IMG/VR virus record: IMGVR_UViG_3300044723_000231
Coordinates: 1 to 33,060 of that record
DNA length: 33,060 nt
Direction: 5' to 3' (one strand)
Origin: a virus
Lineage: Duplodnaviria; Caudoviricetes
Positions 7,218 through 15,507 of the stretch are shown here, piece by piece; within the stretch, counting starts at the first letter, position 1; each line of letters begins with the position of its first letter. The notes beneath the pieces are model-generated. The model made no database searches. It saw nothing but the letters and a program-made list of their open reading frames with translations, and had not been told where the DNA came from. A program made the position numbers and the translations under genes.

Positions 7218-7575
7218 CGAAAAAACAACGCAGGAGATGACCACTCCTAATCATTGGAAACGATATTGCCGCGAACTAGACGCGCTTCATATTGAGGAGA
7301 TAGTTACTAAACTAACTGGGTACACCCTACGCGAAATACGCAGAGATGGACGCAAAAGAGATATGGCAGAAGTGCGGCAACTGTTCGTGCTATTAGCTAG
7401 AGAACACACAACATGCAGCTATCCCAAATTAGGTATGGTTCTAAACCGTGACCATTCAACAATCATGCAGTTAGACAAGCGCAAGAGGTCAGAAGAAGTT
7501 GAAATGCTACTAAAAGCTGGCAATATACTTGCTGATGAAATTAAGGAACGGGTGTTCGGGCCACCTGTATTCTAG
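7174..7575 (+). CDS. DnaA C-terminal (domain IV) DNA-binding protein
   Basis: R-x7-RQ...LAREHT...SYPKLG...NRDHSTI matches the DnaA domain IV signature; no AAA+ domain. Confidence 0.85.
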   Translation: MGNIIQFFKCGKTLSEKTTQEMTTPNHWKRYCRELDALHIEEIVTKLTGYTLREIRRDGRKRDMAEVRQLFVLLAREHTTCSYPKLGMVLNRDHSTIMQLDKRKRSEEVEMLLKAGNILADEIKERVFGPPVF

Positions 7576-7848
7576 CTACCACTTGACCTTGTTGGCCCAA
7601 TAAGCTGCCGACATTTTACCCTTGGCAATATTCTTGGCATGACGCGCTTTGAAAGACTTGCGCCTTGCCTTTTGCTTTGCAGTCTTAGGTGACTTGCCAG
7701 CACCAGATACGCCCTGTTGACCAAAGCGGATAATCTTTTCCTTGCCACCAGAACACGCCTTAACCACATGTGATTTAGTCTTGTGGCCTGGAGTGCGGCG
7801 AGGCTTGTTACACTTCAGCGTCTTCTTTGAGATAGGTTTCCTAGCCAT
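7576..7848 (-). CDS. Highly basic conserved phage protein (90 aa)
   Basis: K/R-rich; IIRFGQQG...RRKSFKARH...SAAYWANKVKW. Confidence 0.8.
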   Translation of the reverse strand: MARKPISKKTLKCNKPRRTPGHKTKSHVVKACSGGKEKIIRFGQQGVSGAGKSPKTAKQKARRKSFKARHAKNIAKGKMSAAYWANKVKW

Positions 7849-8296
7849 CTTTCTTCAGCCCGTGAACGTATCCGTTCTGCTTGTTGTAGGTCAGTGATTC
7901 ATTGCGTGGTTCATCACTGTAACTGCAATGTATCCAGCCTGAGTTTCCGCCTGTATAGCACTCAAGTATTAGCTGGTCATAGTCGAGATTGTCTTCTATC
8001 CATTTGGCTAGGTCGTAGTTGTCTATGCCTGGAACCTCAAAGTCTGCCGCCTCACCCTTGGCATGTTGGCTGTCTAAGCTACTGCCAATAGCAATGCACA
8101 ACTCTGGGCTGCGGTATCCTGATGACACCATAAACGGCCCAAACTCATCACGAATCGGTTGTAATATGTTTTCACACAACGCCTCCATTGCTTCAATATG
8201 ATGCAGTTCTGGCGTATTCGGTATGCCCTTACGTTCAGCAGTCTGGCTTTTAACCATCTCCTCTAACGTAAAGTTAGGCGACAGATAGTAACTCAT
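7841..8296 (-). CDS. Endolysin, peptidase M15A-type Zn peptidase
   Basis: LSPNFTLEE, SGYRS, SQH-x4-AAD and WIHCS motifs. Confidence 0.9.
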   Translation of the reverse strand: MSYYLSPNFTLEEMVKSQTAERKGIPNTPELHHIEAMEALCENILQPIRDEFGPFMVSSGYRSPELCIAIGSSLDSQHAKGEAADFEVPGIDNYDLAKWIEDNLDYDQLILECYTGGNSGWIHCSYSDEPRNESLTYNKQNGYVHGLKKDG

Positions 8297-8415
8297 TTCT
8301 TTTTCTTCTTAGCTTTCTTAACTGCTTTTAAGTCTGCACCAGTAATCTTTTTACGCGGTGCTGCCACCGCCGCTAAACGCTTTTGCTTCGGGCTGTACTT
8401 GTTGTATGGCATCAT
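8293..8415 (-). CDS. Lys-rich peptide (40 aa, MMPYNKYSPKQKRLAAVAAPRKKITGADLKAVKKAKKKKK), not in ORF track
   Basis: Hand translation; ATGA overlaps at both ends. Confidence 0.75.
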   Translation of the reverse strand: MMPYNKYSPKQKRLAAVAAPRKKITGADLKAVKKAKKKKK

Positions 8416-8567
8416 TTCTTCCGCTTCTTTGCTGTCTTTGCCGACTGCTTGAACGCCTTTGTTGTTGGTGCGCCTTTGCTTCCAGGCTTGCGCATCTTCT
8501 CTCCTGAACCAGCTTTGATACGTTTCCGCTTGGCATGTATGTTCGCATATAGACCTTTCCCTGGCAT
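8412..8567 (-). CDS. Lys-rich peptide (51 aa, MPGKGLYANIHAKRKRIKAGSGEKMRKPGSKGAP...), not in ORF track
   Basis: Hand translation; start/stop coupled to both neighbours; AGGAG SD. Confidence 0.8.
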   Translation of the reverse strand: MPGKGLYANIHAKRKRIKAGSGEKMRKPGSKGAPTTKAFKQSAKTAKKRKK

Positions 8568-8911
8568 CACTTTCTCCTAAACTTATCCATACCTTTGAGT
8601 CCTAGTCCTGCAAGGATAGTAACATACAATATATTCTGATACCAATCCGGCAGTTCATTTAGCCGTTGGAAGCCAGCTTTGACAAGTTCTTCCATACCAG
8701 GAACGAATGAAAGTACGCACGGAATCAGTACAACAATCGTTATAATCTCATCTTTCCAGCTAGACTGGGTTGACTCTGCCATGATGAGTTCCCATTTGGA
8801 ATCATGCTGGGCAGCAGTCTTCATTATCTCTGACTTGGCTTTCTGCTTCTCTACCTTGCCTTCCAAGAATGTCTGGGCAAGGCTACCAACTACACCTAGT
8901 AACTGTATCAT
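8567..8911 (-). CDS. Holin-like membrane protein (3-TM type)
   Basis: SWKDE motif, hydrophobic helices, LPDWY, basic C-terminus; upstream of the endolysin. Confidence 0.7.
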   Translation of the reverse strand: MIQLLGVVGSLAQTFLEGKVEKQKAKSEIMKTAAQHDSKWELIMAESTQSSWKDEIITIVVLIPCVLSFVPGMEELVKAGFQRLNELPDWYQNILYVTILAGLGLKGMDKFRRK

Positions 8912-9105
8912 TTTGCTTCACTCCCGCACCATACTGCAAACGCACCTGTAGCCGCGCCGACAATGGTACTAACAAAGGCTGTCTGCTGGGTAGTCGCATC
9001 TGAGCCTAGTGCCATGAACCATTCACATACATTCCAAGCCATTAGCGTAAACGCCAGCATCATCAGCCGTGGTATAATCTTGTATTCTAGTAATGCTTTA
9101 GCCAT
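8908..9105 (-). CDS. Small two-TM membrane protein (lysis region)
   Basis: IIPRLMMLAFTLMAW and FVSTIVGAATGAFAVW helices. Confidence 0.7.
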   Translation of the reverse strand: MAKALLEYKIIPRLMMLAFTLMAWNVCEWFMALGSDATTQQTAFVSTIVGAATGAFAVWCGSEAK

Positions 9106-9514
9106 TCTTGTTAGCCCTTACTGTCGCCAACGCTTTATTAAACGAGTGCAGTTCTGCTTTAGGCGCATCAAAAAGCTGGGGCGACAAACGCTTAGACTTT
9201 TGTTGCACTTGGTGAACTGGCAAGAACAACGCTTTACGGTGGTCATAGCCCACACAGCATAATATGTCATAGTCTCTCTCATTCGGTACAGTTTTAGTCT
9301 TACATCCACTCCCAATTTGAAAATGGTAACTCGGAGTTCTGCGGCCTTTCTCCAAAGACATCTTCGCAGCCTTAACTTGTATCCTGATATATTCATCATC
9401 TTTCCATGCCACTAAATCAACTTTATCTTGCTGGGCCAAAGACACCCGCCAGCCTAATGATAACACGACTGCGGCTGCTATGTATTCGCCAATAAGTCCC
9501 GTTGTGGTACTCAA
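9098..9514 (-). CDS. PD-(D/E)XK endonuclease
   Basis: GLIGE...VDLVAW...IRIQVK motif. Confidence 0.75.
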   Translation of the reverse strand: MSTTTGLIGEYIAAAVVLSLGWRVSLAQQDKVDLVAWKDDEYIRIQVKAAKMSLEKGRRTPSYHFQIGSGCKTKTVPNERDYDILCCVGYDHRKALFLPVHQVQQKSKRLSPQLFDAPKAELHSFNKALATVRANKNG

Positions 9515-9518
9515 TACA

Positions 9519-9992
9519 TTAACTGAAAGCCATCCACAATATGAATAGCAATGCTGTCCCCGTTAGTAATCCTAGTATCACTATAGCAATCACTTCCACT
9601 ATCCGTTGTCTGAGTTCTTGTTGTTTATATATTGCGTCCTGTCTCTGCTTTCTTATCTTGCCTTCTAGCTGTATCAAATCAGCCCAGGCTTGTGGCCCAT
9701 ATGACATGTTCAGAAACGTCTTCAGTTCCTGTCTCTGGGCTTCTAGTTTCTTCTTAGCTGCATAGGCTGCGAGTGCTTCTTCCTCAACGGAACCAGCGGC
9801 AAACAGCTTCTTGAATATCGGTGGGTTCTTGGATTGCTTGGTAGCCTGGTCAACGTCAGATGCCATCTTCATCCAACGCGATACGTCAGTGATGCAGGAC
9901 TCCATGTCACGCCCCGCTGCTATCATCTGCTTTATGCTATTGAAGGCCGCTGTTGCACCTGATACGGCTGCGGCTATAGTGATGGGTTCCAT
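9519..9992 (-). CDS. Coiled-coil protein with C-terminal TM anchor
   Basis: MEPITIAAAVSGATAAF N-terminus, helical core, hydrophobic C-terminus. Confidence 0.8.
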   Translation of the reverse strand: MEPITIAAAVSGATAAFNSIKQMIAAGRDMESCITDVSRWMKMASDVDQATKQSKNPPIFKKLFAAGSVEEEALAAYAAKKKLEAQRQELKTFLNMSYGPQAWADLIQLEGKIRKQRQDAIYKQQELRQRIVEVIAIVILGLLTGTALLFILWMAFS

Positions 9993-10195
9993 GTGGATAA
10001 GACGCCTTTCGGTAGTGGTTTACAACGCCATGCTTTCGCCATGACATCATTAAACTTCTCGCCAATATCCCTCGCCATTTCAAATGCCCGTTCTTCACAT
10101 TCCTCTTGCGTCATATACGGGCCACGCACATCGTGAAATTCTACACAGTCTGTTGGATTAGCTATTGCACAGGCTAGTACAATTGCCTTAAACAT
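9974..10195 (-). CDS. Small Cys-containing, possibly exported protein (73 aa)
   Basis: MFKAIVLAC hydrophobic start; four Cys; GPY-T-EEC motif. Confidence 0.7.
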   Translation of the reverse strand: MFKAIVLACAIANPTDCVEFHDVRGPYMTQEECEERAFEMARDIGEKFNDVMAKAWRCKPLPKGVLSTWNPSL

Positions 10196-10355
10196 CTTTC
10201 TTGATTAGCTTTTGAACCGTATCGGTTTCCCATATACGAATCAAAACCCACAAGCCAGTGAACACAGCCACCACATCTGGTGCCATCTCAAGCCAAGCCG
10301 CTACTGTTCCTGTGCCAGCCGCTACATCAACAATGACTTTATGTTCCTCGTTCAT
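10188..10355 (-). CDS. Small holin-like protein (55 aa, ...VFTGLWVLIRIWETDTVQKLIKKDV), not in ORF track
   Basis: Hand translation; TM helix plus charged tail; sits after the tail fibres like T7 gp17.5. Confidence 0.7.
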   Translation of the reverse strand: MNEEHKVIVDVAAGTGTVAAWLEMAPDVVAVFTGLWVLIRIWETDTVQKLIKKDV

Positions 10356-10374
10356 CAGTCAGCATCCGCTATGG

Positions 10375-10716
10375 TTATTGCTGTATATCCCACGTTTGTG
10401 TTTCTTCATTCCACTCATACGCAACTTCATTGCTATCAGATGGCAGTGCTGTTGGCGGTTCCCACAAGAAAGTAGTCGTGTTTAATGTCCAACTTTCATA
10501 TGGCTGTGATTGATAAAACGTATCTAATTCCGAATCATAAACCATACCCTTGCCAGCAAAGTTTCCTCTAAGCGGTGTGCCACCAAGCAAATGTTGACCA
10601 CCTAATGTGTTATATGATGTTTGTATCCAAGTGCCATCTAATGTTGCCACAATATCTGCATCAGCAACAATCACTTGGTCAACAACACCATCAATTATTT
10701 TCGCATAGTGTGCCAT
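10375..10716 (-). CDS. Tail-fibre-associated protein/chaperone
   Basis: MAHYAKI...WIQTSYN...LRGNFAG...WEPP; directly follows the glycine-rich fibre. Confidence 0.7.
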   Translation of the reverse strand: MAHYAKIIDGVVDQVIVADADIVATLDGTWIQTSYNTLGGQHLLGGTPLRGNFAGKGMVYDSELDTFYQSQPYESWTLNTTTFLWEPPTALPSDSNEVAYEWNEETQTWDIQQ

Positions 10717-11897
10717 TACGCTGTATAACTCCCTGATGCTGTGTATTTAATAACAGTAAAGTCACCATCTGTTGTCACCGTTGGTGAACCTGTGGTCGTG
10801 CCAGAATACTGTGATGTAAGTATGCGAAGAATAACCACACCAGAACCGCCAGCACCACCATTGGTATTTCCAGCACCACCACCACCGCCTGTGTTAGCTG
10901 TTCCAGCAGTACCAGTTGTTGAGTGAATGGCGGCACCACCACCACCAAGACCGCCAGCACCGTTCAAACCGCCGCCATAGCGTGTGTCTACGCCACCGCC
11001 ACCGCCACCACCGTAATAGGTGGATGTGCCAGTAATTAGAGAACGATAACCATCTCCACCTGTGCCACCTGCTGTATTATTTCTGTCAGCACCAGCTTCA
11101 TTAGCACCGCCGCCACCAGAACCGCCTTGAAAAGTTGAGGACATATTAGCATAACCGCCAACTGTCCCATATGCGCTTGAGTTACCACCTCTGCTGTTAG
11201 ATGCGCTATTGGTGCAACTTCCACCGCCACAACCGCCATTACCACCTAAATTATTGAGGCCACCACCATAACCGCCGCCATAAGCTATTACAGCACCAAA
11301 TACGCTGTCGCTTCCTGATGAGCCACTAGCTGAACTTCCACCAGCACCACCAGCACCCACGGTTACAGTATATGATGTTCCAGAATTAAGCGGTATAGTG
11401 CCAGTTATTACTGAACCAGCACCGCCACCGCCGCCGCCATTAAGACCGCCTGTGCCACCAGCACCACCGCCACCGCCTGCAACTAAATATTCTCCTAAAA
11501 TAGCACCAGCAGAAATGCCTGTTAGCGATGAACCATCACCGCTAAATGATGTGGCGGTCATCGTGCCATTGACAGTAACATTGCCACTAAACGTACCGCC
11601 ATTTGCGGCAGACACCGTGTCAGCTACAGTAAAGATGTCATAGACAACAACCTCAACAATGTCGCTTGCAGATAGGGCAGACAGGCCACCGATAGTGTTA
11701 GCTGTGCTAGTGTTGTAATCAGTGCCAGCAACCAAGGCTATGCCGTTCAGTGACACATCTACATAGTTGCCATCACTAAATACTAGCGTCAGGCCGTTGT
11801 CATCTGTACCAGACAGTGACGTTTCACCACCAGTAGCAGTGAAGTAATAGCGTTGCCTTACGCCAGTTCCTGTTGGGGATTTACCTATGTATGCCAT
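10716..11897 (-). CDS. Glycine-rich tail fibre/adhesin
   Basis: MAYIGKSP N-terminus; VAGGGGG...NTGGGGG...GGSGVVILR glycine-rich domain. Confidence 0.85.
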   Translation of the reverse strand: MAYIGKSPTGTGVRQRYYFTATGGETSLSGTDDNGLTLVFSDGNYVDVSLNGIALVAGTDYNTSTANTIGGLSALSASDIVEVVVYDIFTVADTVSAANGGTFSGNVTVNGTMTATSFSGDGSSLTGISAGAILGEYLVAGGGGGAGGTGGLNGGGGGGAGSVITGTIPLNSGTSYTVTVGAGGAGGSSASGSSGSDSVFGAVIAYGGGYGGGLNNLGGNGGCGGGSCTNSASNSRGGNSSAYGTVGGYANMSSTFQGGSGGGGANEAGADRNNTAGGTGGDGYRSLITGTSTYYGGGGGGGVDTRYGGGLNGAGGLGGGGAAIHSTTGTAGTANTGGGGGAGNTNGGAGGSGVVILRILTSQYSGTTTGSPTVTTDGDFTVIKYTASGSYTA

Positions 11898-11907
11898 GTG
11901 TTATTCC

Positions 11908-12267
11908 TTATGCGTATTGGCTATCACCACAACATGAAGGCCAAGCTGCCTTGAGTTCTGCAATAGTTGTTGCGCTGTCGCCAGCAGTCGGTGCGTCACG
12001 CAGTGCTTGCTTATCAGCCACAATCTGTGTGGTGTCTGCGCTAGTTTCCAGTGCCTTCATGTAGCTGGTGTCCAATGCCTCAAGCAGTGGGTCACGGGCT
12101 TCACGCACCTTGTCAGCAAATAGTTCCTTTGCCTTTGCCAAGTCTTCGCTAATCACGCTGCCGGACAATGTCCAAGCACCACGAAAGTCACGGCTTGCTG
12201 GGACGGTTGCAGTTGACGCATCAATCTGATTACCGTCCTTATCCACGATATAAGTTGTAACAGCCAT
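11908..12267 (-). CDS. Tail fibre assembly chaperone-like protein
   Basis: VREARDPLL...KQALRDAP...ELKAAWP pattern. Confidence 0.65.
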   Translation of the reverse strand: MAVTTYIVDKDGNQIDASTATVPASRDFRGAWTLSGSVISEDLAKAKELFADKVREARDPLLEALDTSYMKALETSADTTQIVADKQALRDAPTAGDSATTIAELKAAWPSCCGDSQYA

Positions 12268-12276
12268 TATAATCTC

Positions 12277-12741
12277 CTATGCGGCTAATTCTAAGTCATC
12301 AGATATGCGCCACGAGTTGCGCCATTCTCTAGTTGTGGGCAGCTGCCCCTTGCGGCAGATTACCATTTTCGGCTTGTTGCCGCTATCCCAATTCTGCCAG
12401 ACGCTTTGTGGCACATCCTTTTGAATTAGATATTCGATTGCTTCTTCCTCAGTCATCGCTGGCATTGGTTCAGTGTTGTGCAGCAAATAACCCCGTGTGT
12501 GCTTCTTGAAGTCAGGCTGTGCCTCATCCTTTGCCAGTTCCCAGTACACCCACACAGGTGGTAGGATACCGCCCTGCAATGCACACGCCATCCAGTTAGG
12601 GTCAGGCACAAGTATCTTGGCGCACTCATCAATGCTGTCCTCATAGACTACACGATAGTCTGACTGCACACCATCTAGGTTTTCCTTTGCCCAGCACAGG
12701 CGGTCAAACAGGTGAGTGCCTTGAAACTCTGGTGTCTGCAT
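12277..12741 (-). CDS. Tail-fibre module hypothetical protein (154 aa)
   Basis: Coupled to the upstream fibre; LP-x2-REWRNSW motif. Confidence 0.75.
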   Translation of the reverse strand: MQTPEFQGTHLFDRLCWAKENLDGVQSDYRVVYEDSIDECAKILVPDPNWMACALQGGILPPVWVYWELAKDEAQPDFKKHTRGYLLHNTEPMPAMTEEEAIEYLIQKDVPQSVWQNWDSGNKPKMVICRKGQLPTTREWRNSWRISDDLELAA

Positions 12742-13355
12742 TATGCTAAGTCTCCGTGAACAACTGATTGATTTTGTGCAGCATCAACATAACCAGAATC
12801 ATATGTGGCAAACCCGTATCCAGTAGTAGCAATTCCCAATGTTAAACTTCCTGCGGCTATACCAATTGCTGTATCTGCTTGTCCACCAAAATTTGTAGTA
12901 CCGCCATAATTATTAGAAACACCAGTTGGTGCGTATGTTGTATTACTCATATTATTTGTGTGAAGTACATGAAACTGTCCACTCGTAACATCAGTAATAC
13001 TGCTGGTGTTATAACTATCATTTATAACTGGCGTGACCATATTAAAATTAGTCCAAGCTTTTGCCGCACTGGTGACAATGTCACCGCCACCAGTGCTAGA
13101 TGTTACAAGGGCTTTACCTTGAAACACTACATAGAAATCATCCGTAGCTACAATGCTGCCAGTCATAGTTAAGCTAGTTCCTGCAACAGTATAGGCAACC
13201 GTTGGTTCTTGACGAACATTGTTTACAAACACCTCAATCTCTGAAGCATTAGCTACAGGATGGTCTAGCGTAAAGCCAGTACCAGTACCGCCAGTCAAGT
13301 CCTGATAGTCCATTGCTGTGGTTTGTACTGCTGGTGATAATCCAAGATATGCCAT
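12741..13355 (-). CDS. Short tail fibre/spike protein
   Basis: MAYLGLSP N-terminus, VFVNNVRQEP domain, AKAWTNFN...SYNTSSITD C-domain. Confidence 0.8.
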   Translation of the reverse strand: MAYLGLSPAVQTTAMDYQDLTGGTGTGFTLDHPVANASEIEVFVNNVRQEPTVAYTVAGTSLTMTGSIVATDDFYVVFQGKALVTSSTGGGDIVTSAAKAWTNFNMVTPVINDSYNTSSITDVTSGQFHVLHTNNMSNTTYAPTGVSNNYGGTTNFGGQADTAIGIAAGSLTLGIATTGYGFATYDSGYVDAAQNQSVVHGDLA

Positions 13356-13365
13356 TGGCTAATCC

Positions 13366-13710
13366 TTATGTAATATCAAGGTGGCTAATAACTACGTCTG
13401 CTGATGACGCTGTGTCTGATGTAACCTTGATAACGTCACCCGGTTCCATCACAACTTTCTGGTCGCCACCAACAACAACCAAACTGCCGCCGACAGGAAT
13501 CGGTGCGCTTTTTACAAGGTATACGCTATCCTCTGCACCGCTTGTGCGGCTAGATGCGTCAAGCTGTACGTCTACTAAAATCTGGCTAGTAACAATGTTA
13601 GCGATACTCATGCCAATCACAGTTGTCTGTGTAGATGCGCCACAAGTCAGCACACTCGCTGCTGATGTTCCTATAGCTGTATCTGTTTCTGATAAAAATG
13701 AATTTGCCAT
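13366..13710 (-). CDS. Conserved tail-region structural protein (114 aa)
   Basis: MANSF...IPVGGSL...KVVMEPGD; beta-rich. Confidence 0.75.
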   Translation of the reverse strand: MANSFLSETDTAIGTSAASVLTCGASTQTTVIGMSIANIVTSQILVDVQLDASSRTSGAEDSVYLVKSAPIPVGGSLVVVGGDQKVVMEPGDVIKVTSDTASSADVVISHLDIT

Positions 13711-13714
13711 TGTT

Positions 13715-15460
13715 CTATCCTAACGCTATCGCAAATGCTAATGCTGTTGGGTCTTGTTCATCTGCCCATGTTAAAGTGCCTGAACCATCTGTTTGCAGTC
13801 TTTGACCGCTTGTTCCGTCTGCGTCAGGCAATGTCCATACTACGTTTGCCGCAACAGAAGCTGGTGCCTGAAATCCAACATAATTGCTTCCATTTGCGGA
13901 ATCTTCTTTAAAGCCAAGGCTTCTCTGGTCTTGGATGTAAACACTACGATGGAACTCATTGCCGCTACCATTAACAGCAAATACACGGACTGTGCCTGTG
14001 CTGTCGTATAGCTGAAAGTTCATTGTGCTTCCAGGCGATACAATGGCAGTGCGTGTTGTGCCTGAGTTATCATAGAACAACACATCGTCACTGTTTACAT
14101 GCAGTTCCTGTGCCGCAGATGTGTCAATCTTGTTTGTTGTACCATCGTGGTACAGTTGCATATCTTGGCCTGTGCCAAGTTGCAGACGGTTATCTGTAGC
14201 ACCTGTACTATCGGCAAACTGCACAAGTTGATTATTTACATCAAGTGTACCGCCAAGTTGCGGTGTTAAATCATTTACAACGTCACCACCAGCAGAGGCT
14301 TCAAGCGAAATAGTACCAGATGCGTTATCGTAAGTTAGAACATAATCGTCCTGACCAGCACCCACTGTCTGGTCTGCATCAAATGCCAGTGTGCCAAGCG
14401 TAACATTACCTGTACCGTCTGGCGTAATATTAATGTCTGCATTTGACGTAGAGACAATAGACTGCCCATTGATGTCCAAATCACCGCCAAGCTGGGGTGT
14501 TGCATCCTCAACAATGTTAGCCAGATTACCCAGTGATGACACCACGTTAATCCACGCGCTGCCATTGTAGACCCGCATGTCGCCATCTGTGGTGTTGAAG
14601 TATAAAGCACCAGTAATCAGTGAATCACCATCATTATCTAATGCTGGGTCAGACGCCTTTGCACCAAGGTATCTGTCATCAAAACTGTCATAGCTGGCAG
14701 CAGCATTCGTCTCGCTAGTTGCCGCATTTGTTTCTGATGTCGAAGCAGCAGAAGCACTAGCAGCAGCATTTGTCGCTGATGTCGCGGCAGATACAGCGTC
14801 CACCAGCAATGCCCAGTAGGTTGTGTTTGTTAGCAATGTGCCAGTAGGCGAATCCTGTAGCGCGATATATACGTTATCTAGCTGGGCGGCAGTGGTTGAT
14901 TTAACAATGTCACGCTCAACATAGTCAGCCGTGGTCGTTGTGGCGTCTGAACCTTTGAATGTGCCAATCTCTTGGAAGATAGCCAAGTCACCGTCTGCGT
15001 CAAACCCAAGTATCTTGTTAGCGCGGGCGGTGGCACCAGTGGTAAACTCAGCAGTGGCAATCTCGTTAGTCTGTGACAGCTTGAGTGAACGCCCCACCTC
15101 TTCTTGCAGTTCCTGCGTAATAAAGGTCAGCTTATCAAGCGCATCTTCGTGTGACTCTGCTGGGAATGGGTCATTCGGCGTATAGTCAGTTAGCTGCGTA
15201 AGTGGTGTAATCCGCAGTAAAACAACAGTATTGCCTGTGGGTGGGGCTGTTACAAAGGTAACAGTGCCGCCACCAGCATTGCCAACGCCAGACACAGTGT
15301 AGTTTGTGGTAATGGTCTGAGTTGTTTCAGCACCAGTAGAGTTGTTGCGCAAAACAACCGTGATGTCGTCCTCGTCAAATATCTTGAACGTGTACGAAAA
15401 CGCGGTGGTGCTGCCATCACCCGCATAACTGTTCTTAGTTGTGGTACTGCTAACTGTCAT
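13715..15460 (-). CDS. Main tail fibre with T7 gp17-like N-terminal attachment domain
   Basis: YAGDGSTTAFSYTF...LDKLT; Ala/Ser/Thr repeats; two TPQLGGxLD motifs. Confidence 0.85.
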   Translation of the reverse strand: MTVSSTTTKNSYAGDGSTTAFSYTFKIFDEDDITVVLRNNSTGAETTQTITTNYTVSGVGNAGGGTVTFVTAPPTGNTVVLLRITPLTQLTDYTPNDPFPAESHEDALDKLTFITQELQEEVGRSLKLSQTNEIATAEFTTGATARANKILGFDADGDLAIFQEIGTFKGSDATTTTADYVERDIVKSTTAAQLDNVYIALQDSPTGTLLTNTTYWALLVDAVSAATSATNAAASASAASTSETNAATSETNAAASYDSFDDRYLGAKASDPALDNDGDSLITGALYFNTTDGDMRVYNGSAWINVVSSLGNLANIVEDATPQLGGDLDINGQSIVSTSNADINITPDGTGNVTLGTLAFDADQTVGAGQDDYVLTYDNASGTISLEASAGGDVVNDLTPQLGGTLDVNNQLVQFADSTGATDNRLQLGTGQDMQLYHDGTTNKIDTSAAQELHVNSDDVLFYDNSGTTRTAIVSPGSTMNFQLYDSTGTVRVFAVNGSGNEFHRSVYIQDQRSLGFKEDSANGSNYVGFQAPASVAANVVWTLPDADGTSGQRLQTDGSGTLTWADEQDPTALAFAIALG

Positions 15461-15507
15461 ATTTAACTCCTAGCATATATATACAGCATTTTTTGCTTTG
15501 TTGCTAC

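Noticed and set aside
10800-11490. Dense CCACCG/GCACCA repeats as a DNA repeat element, or as RTX repeats serving as the acyltransferase substrate
   Set aside because: Explained by poly-Gly codons of the fibre; they lack the GGxGxDxL Ca-binding nonapeptide pattern.
10375-15460. Diversity-generating retroelement, given the BPP-1-like structural module
   Set aside because: No reverse transcriptase ORF and no ~100-bp TR/VR pair differing at adenines were seen.
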